A stretch of 64,000 nucleotides of DNA from Phyllobates terribilis (Eukaryota). The stretch is from assembly GCF_046119375.1 (NCBI RefSeq), contig NW_027362763.1:845370001-845434000 (forward strand), written 5' to 3'. The notes below the pieces were generated by a model. That model was given only the letters and a program-made list of their open reading frames with translations. It was not told the origin of the DNA and did not search any database. Each line of letters starts with the position of its first letter. Positions within the stretch are counted from its first letter, which is position 1. Of this stretch, positions 23,311-35,797 are shown in pieces. The translations under genes were made by a program, and so were the position numbers.

Positions 23311-25486
23311 TGTAAAGAGCGCCAAACGTGCAGGGCGGAGACCCGAGCTCCGGCCCGAGTAACCCGGAAATGCTCGGTGCTCGCCGAACATCCCAAGTAG
23401 TGAGATGCTCGGGCGAGTACCGAGCAGTGTCGAGCATGCTCGCTCAACACTAATAAATTATTTTTACACATCTCTGACTGCCCTCACTTCGTGTTTCTGT
23501 GTGTTGCATTTCTGACACCTGCATTACAACAGTGTGCCAAATATTTATTTTACCAGGTGTACCCACCTTTTCTTCATCCGTACCCCCCATCTTGTGATAT
23601 TTTTTGTTATACTGATTGAATAATTTTTATGATTTATAAATAAAGATATTTTTTTAAGCTCGTATTACCCTTATTAGGAAGTTCCTTTTTTATGTGCCGT
23701 TGTCTGTTTGTGCTTCTTTTCTGGCTATTTTGATTATGGATTGAGGATTGTTTTGGCGTCATTCTCTCAGATCAGGTAGCAAAAACCTGGTGACAGATTG
23801 CCTTTAAAGGCAGGTAATCTTTAAGAAGATCTGTCAGCAGGTTCCCTAACAATTTTATTTCAATTGAAGCACTACAGTATGTAGAGAAAAGACAAATGTC
23901 TCCGCCGGGCATCTGCTAAGTGTTGCAATGCTAGGCTGCACAGAATTGAGCACATGCTAGACTAACCATCCCAATTAAAGACAAGAAACAAGAGATAATG
24001 TAGCACATTTTTTACCTAATACACAAAGCCGTTTGGAAGCTGCTCACTAGTTTACATATAAAGTAAAATAAAAAAGATGTTGATGGCTGGCCTCTACAGA
24101 AATGCTGGAGTTTCCTGAAGCATCTTCTACTTCAAAAAATAAAGGGGTTCACCGGCGTGTAAACGACGGTGTGCATGTAACGTGGGGGGTGGCAGCCATG
24201 TCTCACATCATCCGCACCACGCTACAGGAAAATGGGTGTGTGTGCTGCTGTTATCTTGGCGATATGCTTCTGCAGACTGCATGCTGCCTCTTGACTTGGC
24301 AGGTCAGGACCAGATAGATGAGGGAGACCAGAGTCCAAAAATAATGTTTTCTTTACTGAACAACTTGATGAAAAATATATACCTCAGATAGCAGGCACAA
24401 CACTTAAAGAATGCTTCTTCTGCACAATACAGAGGCAGGAAGTTTACGTTTACACTTGTTACATAACTCCAGCAAACCATTATAAGACATCCATATTCCT
24501 CTGTGAGGACCACAAGGATCGAGGTGTGTCTCTACAGCAAGCACAGCTGGTTTCAACTCCCAGTTGATTTGTGTGGACCTCACTGGCTGAGGTACTTCGG
24601 TACGACTCCTCACTAGTACTCTCTAAGTGCATCCGGTGAGGCCACATACGCCTTGCTGTGCCACTGTATCTCTAGAACTCATATCCCAGCCTGACCATCT
24701 TCTCCTCTATGACCCTCAGGTCTGGTTACACTCTAAATTCTTATCTTCTAAGAAAAACGTTTGCTTAAGACCCGCTTGCCTGTGATAAGGAATGCTTACA
24801 TGAGCTTAGTCCTTGCTTTAGGCCCCCTTGCTTGTAATAAATAATCTTGCTGCCACTTAGTCCGTATTTGCTTCAGGACATACTATCCGACATGGCCTCC
24901 CTTTTTGGCACACAAACACCCATTTACATGCAGATCTGCAAGCTACAAGACTATAGGTCATTTCTTCTCAAACACTGGTCCCTATCAGCCTAACAGGAAA
25001 CTGCATTCCTTGTGCCCATGTACCTGTAATTTCTCCCATTCAGGGCCAGTTCAAATAGTTAACCCTGTCTGCAGGTAACCCATTTTTACAGAAAACAAAC
25101 TAGATAAAACTATATTTATAACATGGCAATGCATTCGATCTTCAAGGTGGGCATGGGCAGCTTCTCCATTCCTTTACAGGTACACATATTCTTAAGCTGA
25201 GCGTTTTATCAATTATATTCAGTATTTGCAAACTGAGCAAAAAAAAAGACAACTTGGTTTGGCCAACTAGGGAGATGTTTCGGGTGGCCTGCTGTGATCA
25301 TTCCATGAACCCATTAACTGAATCCCTATCAGGCACTTGAAGTATTTCCATGAAAACCATACAATATCCTTATATTCTGAATTGCTGATTTCCCACAGCA
25401 CATCACAATTGGCATATTATGCGTTTATATTTTATGTCTGTATACCCCCTTAATACATTTGCTATTTGTTGTTTATGTTCTTTTAG

Positions 25487-25624
25487 AGCGACTATTCAAG
25501 TGACACAGAAAGTGAAGATAACTTCTTAATGATGCCACCAAGAGACCATCTTGGCCTCAGCGTATTTTCCATGCTGTGCTGCTTCTGGCCCTTGGGGATT
25601 GCTGCCTTTTACTTGTCACATGAG
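25487..25624 (+). CDS. SYNDIG1: Internal coding exon of synapse differentiation-inducing gene 1 (CD225/dispanin family)
   Basis: TTTTAG acceptor and GTAAGT donor flank 138 nt (phase 0/0) encoding [46 protein letters not shown], which matches my recall of mammalian SYNDIG1 rather than the paralogue SYNDIG1L. Confidence 0.92.
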
Positions 25625-26321
25625 GTAAGTTTGTGCCCGATGACAATCATTACCTGTCAAATACTCTAAATAATGAATCTCTGCATTGTATACATCTCCC
25701 AGAAATTCTTCTTTCTTGCTCGGCAAATTAGCGCTATGTCTTCTTTTTTTTTACAGCAGGGCAGATTTCTCAAGGATAAATTATTCATGCATAAACCATT
25801 ATGCCTATGATTATAACTAGCCAATATGTTGGCAGCATGAGAATTTATGCCTTGTTTTTTCTTGAGCACTTAGTAATAGGCTTGTTAATCATTTACATTT
25901 TATGCATTTGTAGTTCTTGGAGATATCACTTAAATTGTTTATGTCTTTTGAATAGCTATAGAATAATTGCATTGAATAGTGTGGTAATTGCTGATATGTT
26001 TAGTCTTTAAGGCGATTGTTTTTGTAAGATGGAAAGCAATTATCTCTCAATAGCAATATATACTTTTTTTTTTTTCAAGGAGCCATTAAATGATAAGAAA
26101 TGATAGTCAATATATGGACAAGTTCACATCTGTTCTATTCGTCATACTTGATGTGCAGAAATTAAAGGAATAAAATAAAATGTTTCCCAAGTGACGGGAT
26201 ATGTGAAAAAAGAAAAAAACTCAGCTGGCACCCACCTAGATCAGAGACAGGTGGTGTCACTGTTCCACCAGTAGGTGGACCCCTGCATTCTTTGATTGGC
26301 TGTAAGGATCAGGAGACTTAA

Positions 26322-26715
26322 AGGGAATCTGTCAACGGGTTTTTGCTATGTATACTGAAGACAGCATGAGATACGGGTTAAAACACAGATTTCAGTGATG
26401 CCTCTCTTTTCAAGCTCTTTGCTTACAATGATTGTTTTAGCACCAGTAGCTTATCATTGCTTTGAGCCCTGGTCTGACATGCCCCCTCCTGTGATAGGCA
26501 ACTCACTGTTTATAGACATTGTATATGGAGAGCCTGGTGTGGGCGGGGTTTTCTCTCTGAGCTCTGCTTCATGGTAAATCTAAAAACTCTGATTGTGTGA
26601 GAACGGCTGCACCCAGTAACCTAAGTGATACATCATTGGATTCAGCTTTTCTTTGCCTACATCAGATGTAGACTTCTCTCAGATGAGGTATCAAAAACCT
26701 ATTGACAGATTCCCT
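26322..26715. mobile_element. T2/Kolobok MITE
   Basis: TTAA + AGGGAATCTGTCAA ... TTGACAGATTCCCT + TTAA. Confidence 0.85.
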
Positions 26716-27013
26716 TTAAGCAGCGTGTCAATGGAAAAACGATTGCATGGGCTGGAGGTTTAAATCCGGTAAATCGTCGTACCGTAGTTTTAAACCAAGG
26801 ACAAAATCTATGGGTGTTTTTTCCTTTTAAAGCTCTATTTACTCTACTATATCACGTATAAATAATGATGTCTCCATTCACCAGTGATGGAATTGTATGT
26901 TGTTGTTAACCTATACAGAGTGTAATAAGTCTTTAGAAGAAATTATTTTCTATAGTAATAATCCAGCAACATCCTCAATTTTCTAACAGGGAGGAACATC
27001 TCATTTAGACATA

Positions 27014-28642
27014 CAGTACAGACCAAAAGTTTGGACACACCTTCTCATTTAAAGATTTTTCAGCAATTTCATGACTATGAAAATTGTACAATCACACTGA
27101 AGGCATCAAAACTATGAATTAACACATGTGGAATTATATACTTAACAAAAAAGTGTGAAACAACTGAAAATATGTCTTATATTCTAGGTTCTTCAAAGTA
27201 GCCACCTTCTGCTTTGATGACTGCTTTGCACACTCTTGGCATTCTCTTGATGAGCTTCGAGAGGTAGTCACCGGAAATGGTCTTCCAACAATCTTGAAGG
27301 AGTTCCCAGAGATGCTTAGCACTTGTTGGCCCTTTTGCCTTCACTCTGCGGTCCAGCTCACCCCAAACCATCTCGATTGGGTTCAGGTCTGGTGACTCTA
27401 GAGGCCAGGTCATCTGGCATAGCACCCCATCACTCTCCTTCTTGGTCAAATAGCCCTTACACAGCCTGGAGGTGTGTTTGGGGTCATTGTCCTGTTGAAA
27501 AATAAATGATGGTCCAACTAAACGCAAACCGGATGGAATAGCATGCCGCTGCAAGATGCTGTGGTAGCCATGCGGGTTCAGTATGCCTTCAATTTTGAAT
27601 AAATCCCCAACAGTGTCACCAGCAAAGCACCCTCACACCATCACACCTCCTCCTCCATGCTTCATGGTGGGAACCAGGCATGTAGAGTCCATCAGTTCAC
27701 CTTTTCTGCGTCGCACAATGACACGGTGGTTGGAACCAAAGATCTCAAATTTGGACTCATCAGATGAAAGCACAGATTTCCACTGGTCTAATGTCCATTC
27801 CTTGTGTTCTTTAGCCCAAACAAGTCTCTTCTGCTTGTTGCCTGTCCTAAGCAGTGGTTTCCTAGCAGCTATTTTACCATGAAGGCCTTCTGCACAAAGT
27901 CTCCTGTTAACAGTTGTTGTAGAGATTTGTCTGCTGCTAGAACTCTGTGTGGCATTGACCTGGTCTCTAATCTGAGCTGCTGTTAACCTGCGATTTCAGA
28001 GGCTGGTGACTCGGATAAACTTATCCTCAGAGGCAGAGGTGACTTTTGGTCTTCCTTTCCTGGGGCGGTCCTCATGTGAGCCAGTTTCTTTGTAGCGCTT
28101 GATGGTTTTTCCAACTGCACTTGGGGACACTTTCAAAGTTTTCCCAATTTTTCGCACTGACTGATCTTCATTTCTTAAAGTAATGATGGTCACTCATTTT
28201 TCTTTACTTAGCTGCTTTTTTCTTGCCATAATACAAATTATAACAGTCTATTCAGTAGGACTATCAGCTGTGCATCCACCAGACTTATGCACAACACAAC
28301 TGATGGTCCCAACCCCATTTATAAGGCAAGAAATCCCACTTATTAAACCTGACAGGGCACACCTGTGAAGTGAAAACCATTTCCGGTGACTACCTCTTGA
28401 AGCTCATCAAGAGAATGCCAAGAGTGTGCAAAGCAGTCATCAAAGCAAAAGGTGGCTACTTTGAAGAACGTAGAATATAAGGCATATTTTCAGTTGTTTC
28501 ACACTTTTTGTTAAGTATATAATTCCACATGTGTAAATTCATAGTTTTGATGCCTTCAGTGTGAATGTACAATTGTCATAGTCATGAAAATACAGACAAA
28601 TCTCTAAATGAGAAGGTGTGTCCAAACTTTTGGTCTGTACTG
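27014..28642 (-). mobile_element. Tc1-like transposon, full length, disrupted DD34E transposase
   Basis: TA flanks; long ITRs CAGTACAGACCAAAAGTTTGGACACACC; transposase pieces 28229 to 27177 (FQQDNDPKH, SPDLNPIE). Confidence 0.95.
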
Positions 28643-29369
28643 TACATCTTTTATATATGAGCCCTTACTTCTGAGTACAAAGCATTCTTGTTAAACAATG
28701 GCTCTTCTGCAGCTTATAGAACCTAGACTAGTCAAAGGCCACAAGAACGTAAATCAAATTCCTAAAGGCACTGTGGCTTTAGAAAAGTAATTAGTCAAAG
28801 CTAAAATTGTGGTATCTTTGATCTAATGCATCATAATGCCTTTCCATTTTACTGTGTCCCTGATCTGTCTTTGGAAATTATATACAACCTGGCAACATCT
28901 TAAAGTTCTCAGTTTTTTATGCCAGGGTTTACACTATTCCAGAGCCTGGAAAACTGAGCACAGATGTTGGGCACGAAGTGTAATATGTATGAATATTATA
29001 ATTTACGACTGTTACCTAAGAAGGTTAATGACACTAAATAAATATAAGATAAGACATTGTTATTCTATAACTGAACAGGTTTCTAAATGCTAAATTGTAA
29101 TAAAATCCATTGCTGTACATTGGCAACTTCCTCAATACTATTGATCACTACGCTTCCTTATTTAAGCTTTTGCTTTATAGCTTTGTTTGAAATTCATTGT
29201 CCGACATTTATTAGAATCTTTGAATATTTATCTCATGTTAGATCAAAGAACAGTAGTGACTTCCACATCATTCCTATATTCAGGGAGTGAAGAACATTTT
29301 TTATATCATTACCTTACTAATATTTAACTGTTTTTTTACTTATTGTAAAACTAGTGGGTAAGGCCCCAT

Positions 29370-29985
29370 TGCGACACGGGCTGACCTTACCTAGGAGGGG
29401 TGTAACTAAGTGACTACCGGGTGTTTGCTAGAGCCTCTGATGGTGAGGATAGCCTTGTCCACCATTAGTCACCAGGTACCACTCCAAGGCAGTCCCCGGG
29501 TCTGCAACAGCTTACCAGAGGGTCAGAGGCATGGGTAAGCGGTACAGGACAGCAAAGACAAAAATGTGGTCAGACCGTCCGAAGTAGGGGCAGGCAGCAC
29601 AGGTTCAAGATATGAAACCAAGGGTAGGAGTGGAGAGGTCAGAAAGGTTGGGTACATGAGCTGGGTCAGTAACGGGAGGAAACAAACACACTAGCACAAA
29701 CTAGACACTAGCAGTGCAAACTCACAATGAACCAACGTTCGGGCCAGGAGTGATAGGAGGAGCTGCCAGATATAGAGCCTGCTGACACGGGATAAGCCAG
29801 GGAACCTAATCTCTGCAGGACACAGCAGAGTTAAATTCCTGCAGAGACCAGTCACGCCCCCTAAAAGCAAAATGGAAACCACCCCAAGATGCTGCAGTGC
29901 TGCAAGAAGCAAAAGTCAGTGAGCCATTTGATGACCACAGTGAGTAGGGCAGCACTGAGAAGGAATACAGGTTCCTGCCGTGACA
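29370..29985. mobile_element. Probable decayed solo LTR
   Basis: Starts TGCGACACGG, ends CCGTGACA; LTR-like composition; TSD not convincing. Confidence 0.4.
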
Positions 29986-31312
29986 CTTATAGATGTATTC
30001 TAAAGTTGTCTCTTGAGCAACTCAGAGATATGCAGTCTCCTTACTTCCTGGTTTCTGACACTGGTTTCTGACACTGGGTACTCCTTCTTCAGTGACAGTT
30101 CTCGAGAGAAGCAGAGCTGTAGTATTAGTAGACCTATAAAGCAAGGTCTTTTGTAATTCATTCAGCTATCAGTGGTTTGTTCTGGAGTCTACGCTGCTAT
30201 TACAGTATTTGTCTATAGAGGTAACAGCCTATTTGGACAAGCACATGGCTCAGGAAAGTGAGAGCTGTGATTAGGATACATGCTCTTAAAACAGTCAATG
30301 CTGCCTGCTGGTGGTTTTGCAAGATTTTTAACAGCAAGCTGAGAGGACGAGAGGGAGATGAGAAGCTGACTGCTGCATGGAAATAAATGGTTTGGTTAGT
30401 GCTTCCTTGGATGTTAGGAGTGAACCCCTTTCCTGGAATGTAACATCTGTGCACTCTCAGTCAGGGTCTGAGCAGACAATAGTTTCTAAGCTTCATTGAT
30501 CCCAGATGTACACTATAAAAGATAAAAGCTCTCATTTCAGTATAGAAAAAGCAAGTCAGTTGGAAACTTGCTTATTTTCATGCTGTCTAACTAAGGCAAT
30601 TTAATTACTTGAAAATACACCTTAAATGCACATAATATGTCAGCATGCATGAATAAAAGACTACTTCAATGCCCTGCATATGGGTAAGGGAATCAGAAGA
30701 ACTATACTATATTACATTTCTAATTGGAGGTATTTGCTAATATTATTATTATTATTATTACACCTACTACATATTGGGATAGGATCTTGGAGATGGGAAG
30801 AGCCCTTTAATAAGTACAATTTCAACTCTTAGTAATGGTCAAATGATGTTTCGCTGAACTTCAGTGACTTTTTGTCTATCTAATTTTCCTAATTGTCCAA
30901 TGGGACTACATGCATTTTTTTTATTATTTTTAATATGTATATATGTATGCATTGTTATGATTTTTAGCAATATTTTTCTGGCGTTTTTTATGCAACAAAA
31001 ATGTAGAGGTAAATATCCAGTAGTAGAAAAACCACATATCCCCCTTTCTACTAAATAGCTTTTCATAGAGAATCCCATATCTCTTTAACAATCTACAAGT
31101 TTTGAGGGGTTACTGACTCTCCCTAGGGAGATTAATTGTATATCACGTTTTATTAGCAATGTTCCATGGGAAAATAAAACTTGCAAATTGCAAAAAGAAA
31201 AGGGCTTTATCCCTGAGAGAAAAAAGGCTTTTTTTTATAGTGGAATATACTAGAGGTAGCTATCTTATAATTCAATGTCCGACTCTTTAACCACTTCGAG
31301 ACATTTGACGTA

Positions 31313-32888
31313 CAATACAGACCAAAAGTTTGGACACACCTTCTCATTTAAAGATTTTTCTGCATTTTCATGACTTTGAAAATTGTACATTCACACTGAA
31401 GGCATCAAAACTATGAATTAACACATGTGGAATTATATACTTAACAAAAAAGTGTGAAACAACTGAAAATATGTCTTATATTCTAGGTTCTCTTGATGAG
31501 CTTCAAGAGGTAGTCACGGGAAATGGTTTTCACTTCACGGGTGTGCCCTGTCAGGTTTAATAAGTGGGATTTCTTGCCTTATAAATGGGGTTGGGACCAT
31601 CAGTTGTGTTGTGCAGAAGTCAGGTGGATACACAGCTGATAGTCCTACTGAATAGACTGTTAGAATTTGTATTATGGCAAGAAAAAAGCAGCTAAGTAAA
31701 GAAAAACGAGTAGCCATCATTACTTTAAGAAATGAAGGTCAGTCAGTCCGGAAAATTGGGCAAACTTTGAATGTGTCCCCAAGTGCAGTTGCAAAAACCA
31801 TCAAGCACTACAAAGAAACTGGCTCACATGAGGACCGCCCCAGGAAAGAAAGACCAAGAGTCACCTCTGCTTCTGAGGATAAGTTTATCCGAGTCACAGG
31901 CCTCAGAAATCGCAGGTTAACAGTAGCTCAGATTAGAGACCAGGTCAATGCCACACAGAGTTCTAGCAGCAGACATATCTCTACAACAACTGTTAAGAGG
32001 AGACTTTGTGCAGCAGGCCTTCATGGTAAAATAGCTGCTAGGAAACCACTGCTAAGGACAGGCAACAAGCAGAAGAGACTTGTTTGGGCTAAAGAACACA
32101 AGGAATGGACATTAGACCAGTGGATATCTGTGCTTTGGTCTGATGAGTCCAAATTTGAGATCTTTGGTTCCAACCACCGTGTATTTGTTCGACGCAGAAA
32201 AGGTGAACAGATGGACTCTACATGCCTTGCTCCCACCATGAAGCATGGAGGAGGAGTGTGATGGTGTGGGGGTGCTTTGCTGGTGACACTGTTGGGGATT
32301 TATTCAAAATTGAAGGCATACTGAACCAGCATGGCTACCACAGCATCTTGCAGCGGCATGCTATTCCTTCCGGTTTGCGTTTAGTTGGACCATCATTTAT
32401 TTTTCAACAAGACAATGATGCCAAACACACCTCAAGGCTGTGTAAGGGCTATTTGACCAAGAAGGAGAGTGGTTGGGTGCTACGCCAGATGACCTGGCCC
32501 CCACTGTCACCAGACCTGAACCCAATCAAGATGGTTTGGGGTGAGCTGGACCGCAGAGTGAAGGCAAAAGGGCCAACAAGTGCTAAGCATCTCTGGAAAC
32601 TCCTTCAAGATTGTTGGAAGACCATTTCCGGTGACTACCTCTTGAAGCTCATAAAGAGAATGCCAAGAGTGTGCAAAGCAGTCATCAAAGCAAAAGGTGG
32701 CTACTTTGAAGAACCTAGAATATAAGACATATTTTCAGTTGTTTCACACTTTTTTGTTAAGTATATAATTCCACATGTGTTAATTCATAGTTTTGATGCC
32801 TTCAGTGTGAATGTACAATTTTCAAAGTCATGAAAATACAGAAAAATCTTTAAATGAGAAGGAGTGTCCAAACTTTTGGTCTGTACTG
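31313..32888 (+). mobile_element. Tc1-like transposon (same family as 27014-28642), frameshifted transposase
   Basis: TA flanks and the same ITRs (left ITR has an internal deletion); ORFs 31674-32261 (MARKKQLSKEK...WSDESK) and 32222-32725. Confidence 0.95.
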
Positions 32889-33026
32889 TATATCACACCC
32901 CACGTGACTGTATAGAACCTAGTCAGTAGTGGTGCCCACTGGAAGAACAAGGGACAAGAAGAAGGAAGAGAAGCCAGGGTTGTGGCAGTGGGACAAATAT
33001 TGTGAGGGCTAAGGACAGGTGAGTAT

Positions 33027-33230
33027 TAGAGATGAGTGGGTCTGTTAAAATTCGAATTCACCAGCTTTGGTGAATGTTTCCAATTAGTATGATTTGCTGT
33101 GAATAAATTTGCGTGAATTTCAATACCGGAAATCTTGTCGTTTTTTTGAAAATACATGTGGGGGGTGAGACGAGAGAGAGAACCCTGCTGACCATACGGG
33201 ATTACACTCTACAGGAGAGAAAGAGGGGAA
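33027..33230. mobile_element. Decayed hAT-MITE left end
   Basis: TAGAGATGAG terminus like hAT #2 left TIR, followed by TTCGAATT-type subterminal motifs; no partner end found. Confidence 0.35.
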
Positions 33231-33248
33231 GGAAGGAGGGATCGCTAG

Positions 33249-33856
33249 TGTAACGGGACGGATGGTGGAACCACTGTGCCGTGGTGCAAGGAGAGATTGG
33301 AGGGGCGTAACTAGATGCCTTGCCGAATCCAACCTTAGATCTACGGCGGCTTAACGACTCCGTGACCAAGGAGGGACAAGGAAGGTGAACCAGGTGCTAC
33401 TCCGGTACTGACCTCGAATGGTTGGCAGCTGACCCCCAGAGACAGGAGGCAGGCACAGACTGACGTGGCCGATGGACAGGCAGGCGGATACGGCTGATAG
33501 ACAGATAGGCGGACATTGTGGATAGGCAGGCAGGCCAGCACGGCTGATAGACAGGCAGGCACGGCTGATAGGCAGGTGGGCTGGTACAAGTACTGGGACC
33601 TGAAAACTAAACAGAGAGTTACATGCAAAAAACTATTTTGTACAATCACCTTCGTATTGGAGGAGGTACCTTAAATTGGCCGGGCATACTTTAGGATGGC
33701 ACGCGCGCGGTCCCTTTAAGAGGAGGTAAGCGCGCACCCTAAGCACAGTGCCCAGGGATCTGCACGCAAGAGAGAGGACACCGCAGCTCGCGGTGGTAAG
33801 GGGATCGGCGTCTCAGCCAGGAAATAGTGGCAGGAGGCAGAGATGCCAGCGCTACA
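33249..33856 (-). mobile_element. Solo LTR related to Gypsy #1 LTRs
   Basis: TGTAACGGG...GCGCTACA termini as in 7994-9138; flanks GCTAG / ACTAG (5-bp TSD, one mismatch); shared GGAGGAGGT-TATA region. Confidence 0.8.
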
Positions 33857-35659
33857 ACTAGACTCATGAAAACAACAAACCAATAATTACAATCTATAAA
33901 GACATGTAGTATAAAATGTCTAAGTCACTGTAATGAAATGCATAGATTTAATGCCCTTTATTGAATAAAAGAAGATACCGGAGATCATGAAGGCTTAGTA
34001 AAAGGTTATGATTAAATCAGATTAATGAATTATATTGTGTCTGTAGCCATTTCAGATGAGTGTATTATGATAAAGGACATATCAATGTTTGACAGAGCGG
34101 AGCTGCATTTTATCTTGACATTTGTCTGGCTCAGAATGCAATGCATTAAAAGGAAAAAATCATTAATGCTCTAAAAACTCAATACAAGCAAAAACCCATG
34201 AGTGACAAAGAGAAGAAGATGCACATGTCCTGGACGTGTATGGCATGGGGATACATGTGCAGCACTGAATTAGAAACATTGAAATGCACTCTGAATACTT
34301 CCTCCTTATTATAATAATCTCTTTCTTATTATAATAATCTCTTTCTTTGCGCTGATAAAGAATTTTTAATTTGATTATGACAATAGAGATTTACATATTG
34401 GGGCACTGCTGCTATATGAAAGAACCAAGTGGTTTTCTAATGATATTGAAGCGTACACAGCTCTTCCACCATTCTGACATAATAACAGGTCAGCAACAAG
34501 TCTTGCTAATTAAATTGTCTTTGTTTCGTGTCTGCAGTTGCAATGCAATTTAAAGACTAAAAAACTAAATTATATGGTCTGATGGTGCAATTATATTCCA
34601 AAGTTACCAATGTTGTAAAGTCAAAAAGTGACATTTGAGTGCTGCCAAAATGACCAGGAATGCCAAACCTGTATATAGCACCTATTTCTTCTCTCTCCTA
34701 GTTTACTCTCTTCCCTAGTTCAGTAGAAGGGGGTGATGAAAGTAAGTGTAACTAACTGCAGGATCAAACCACACCGGGTTTTTTGATTGCATTATGTAAC
34801 TAGTTTAGAAGTGCCCCAATACCTTGTTAGGCCAGTTTTTTTGGTTTATTATGTAACCGTAGATGACACACTTCGATCTGTATTGAAGCTAAATACATAA
34901 TTAAGGTTATTTGCAACGTTGCTTGATATGTATTTATTTATTTTAAATAAAATCTAGAAAAAAATCTAGATAGCCTTCAAGATATGAAACAATATTAGAG
35001 AAAAATGTATCCATGCATTTAAAATTCTCCTCACATATCTTTGATAAATGTGCATTTTATCCATATTTACACTATAGAATGGTATAGCGCATGGATCAGT
35101 CCGGTGTAACCCATTTATGGTCTATCCTCATAGGATTAAATATTTATCAAAATTTAACATGCAAAATTTGGGACATTTAAGCCACACACCAAGACTGCCA
35201 GGGAACACCCCCAAAGTACTCAGGAACGCCTCAACATGAACACTTTTAGATATGGTTTTATTAAGCTTTACCCCTTTGAAGGTCTGGTACGGTGGTCTGC
35301 CCTGGTAAATTCAGGACTACTGGAAAATATGGTGAACATGGTGATATGCGACACTTCCAAGTTGTGTGATCAGTTACATTCAGTAAGGAATAGTGTTAGA
35401 TGATATACAGTACATGTGCAATGCTCTAAATTGTGAAACAGAAGACATGCCATGGATAATTAATGCATACTTGCCAATAATCCTCATTTAGTTGAGTCTG
35501 TACTGCAAACTGGTTCTCAAAGAGTGAGGAACTTAATAAAACTATGGACAAAAAGGCTGTTTTGGGGTATTCCTGGCCATGGCCCGATGGTCCTTGTAGT
35601 AAGACTTGAAGTTCTTACATTTTGGATTGCGAATGTTGATAAACATGCTAAAGGTTTTT

Positions 35660-35797
35660 CTCTGGTTTCCTCCCACACTCTAAAGACATAGTGATAGGGA
35701 ATTTAGATTGTGAGTCCCAATGGGGACAGTGCCGATAATGTCTGTAAAGCGGTGTGGAATTAATGGCGCTATATAAGTGAGTAAAATAAATAATTAA
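35660..35797 (+). mobile_element. 3' half of a tRNA-derived (V-SINE-like) SINE
   Basis: GGTTTCCTCCCACACTCTAAAGACAT...TAGATTGTGAGTCCCAATGGGGACAG...GCGCTATATAA with an A-rich tail, typical of amphibian SINE2 (from recall). Confidence 0.7.

Larger units (their letters stand above)
7278..23452 (-). mobile_element. Large hAT DNA transposon #1 (about 9.7 kb without the nested Gypsy)
   Basis: Perfect 16-bp TIR TAGTGTTGAGCGAGCA (7278-7293 / 23437-23452); 8-bp TSD ATAAATTG vs ATAAATTA; dense subterminal GCTCG/CGAGC repeats; internal transposase pseudogene. Confidence 0.92.
6470..23528. mobile_element. Solo LTR (about 880 bp when empty) split by hAT insertion
   Basis: Starts TGTAAT (6470), ends ATTACA (23528); 4-bp TSD ACAG at 6466-6469 and 23529-23532. 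Confidence 0.75.
5983..23761. mobile_element. Palindromic (foldback or Penelope-like) element, about 716 bp when empty, with 14-bp TSD
   Basis: TTCTCTCAGATCAG duplicated at 5969-5982 and 23762-23775; arm 5983-6230 is inverted relative to 6379-6469 + 23533-23702. Structure is seen directly; family assignment is tentative. Confidence 0.65.
5584..23803. mobile_element. T2/Kolobok MITE (about 430 bp when empty) split by nested insertions
   Basis: TTAA + AGGGAATCTGTCACCAG (5580-5600) and CTGGTGACAGATTGCCT + TTAA (23787-23807); related to the uninterrupted MITE at 26322-26715. Confidence 0.85.
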
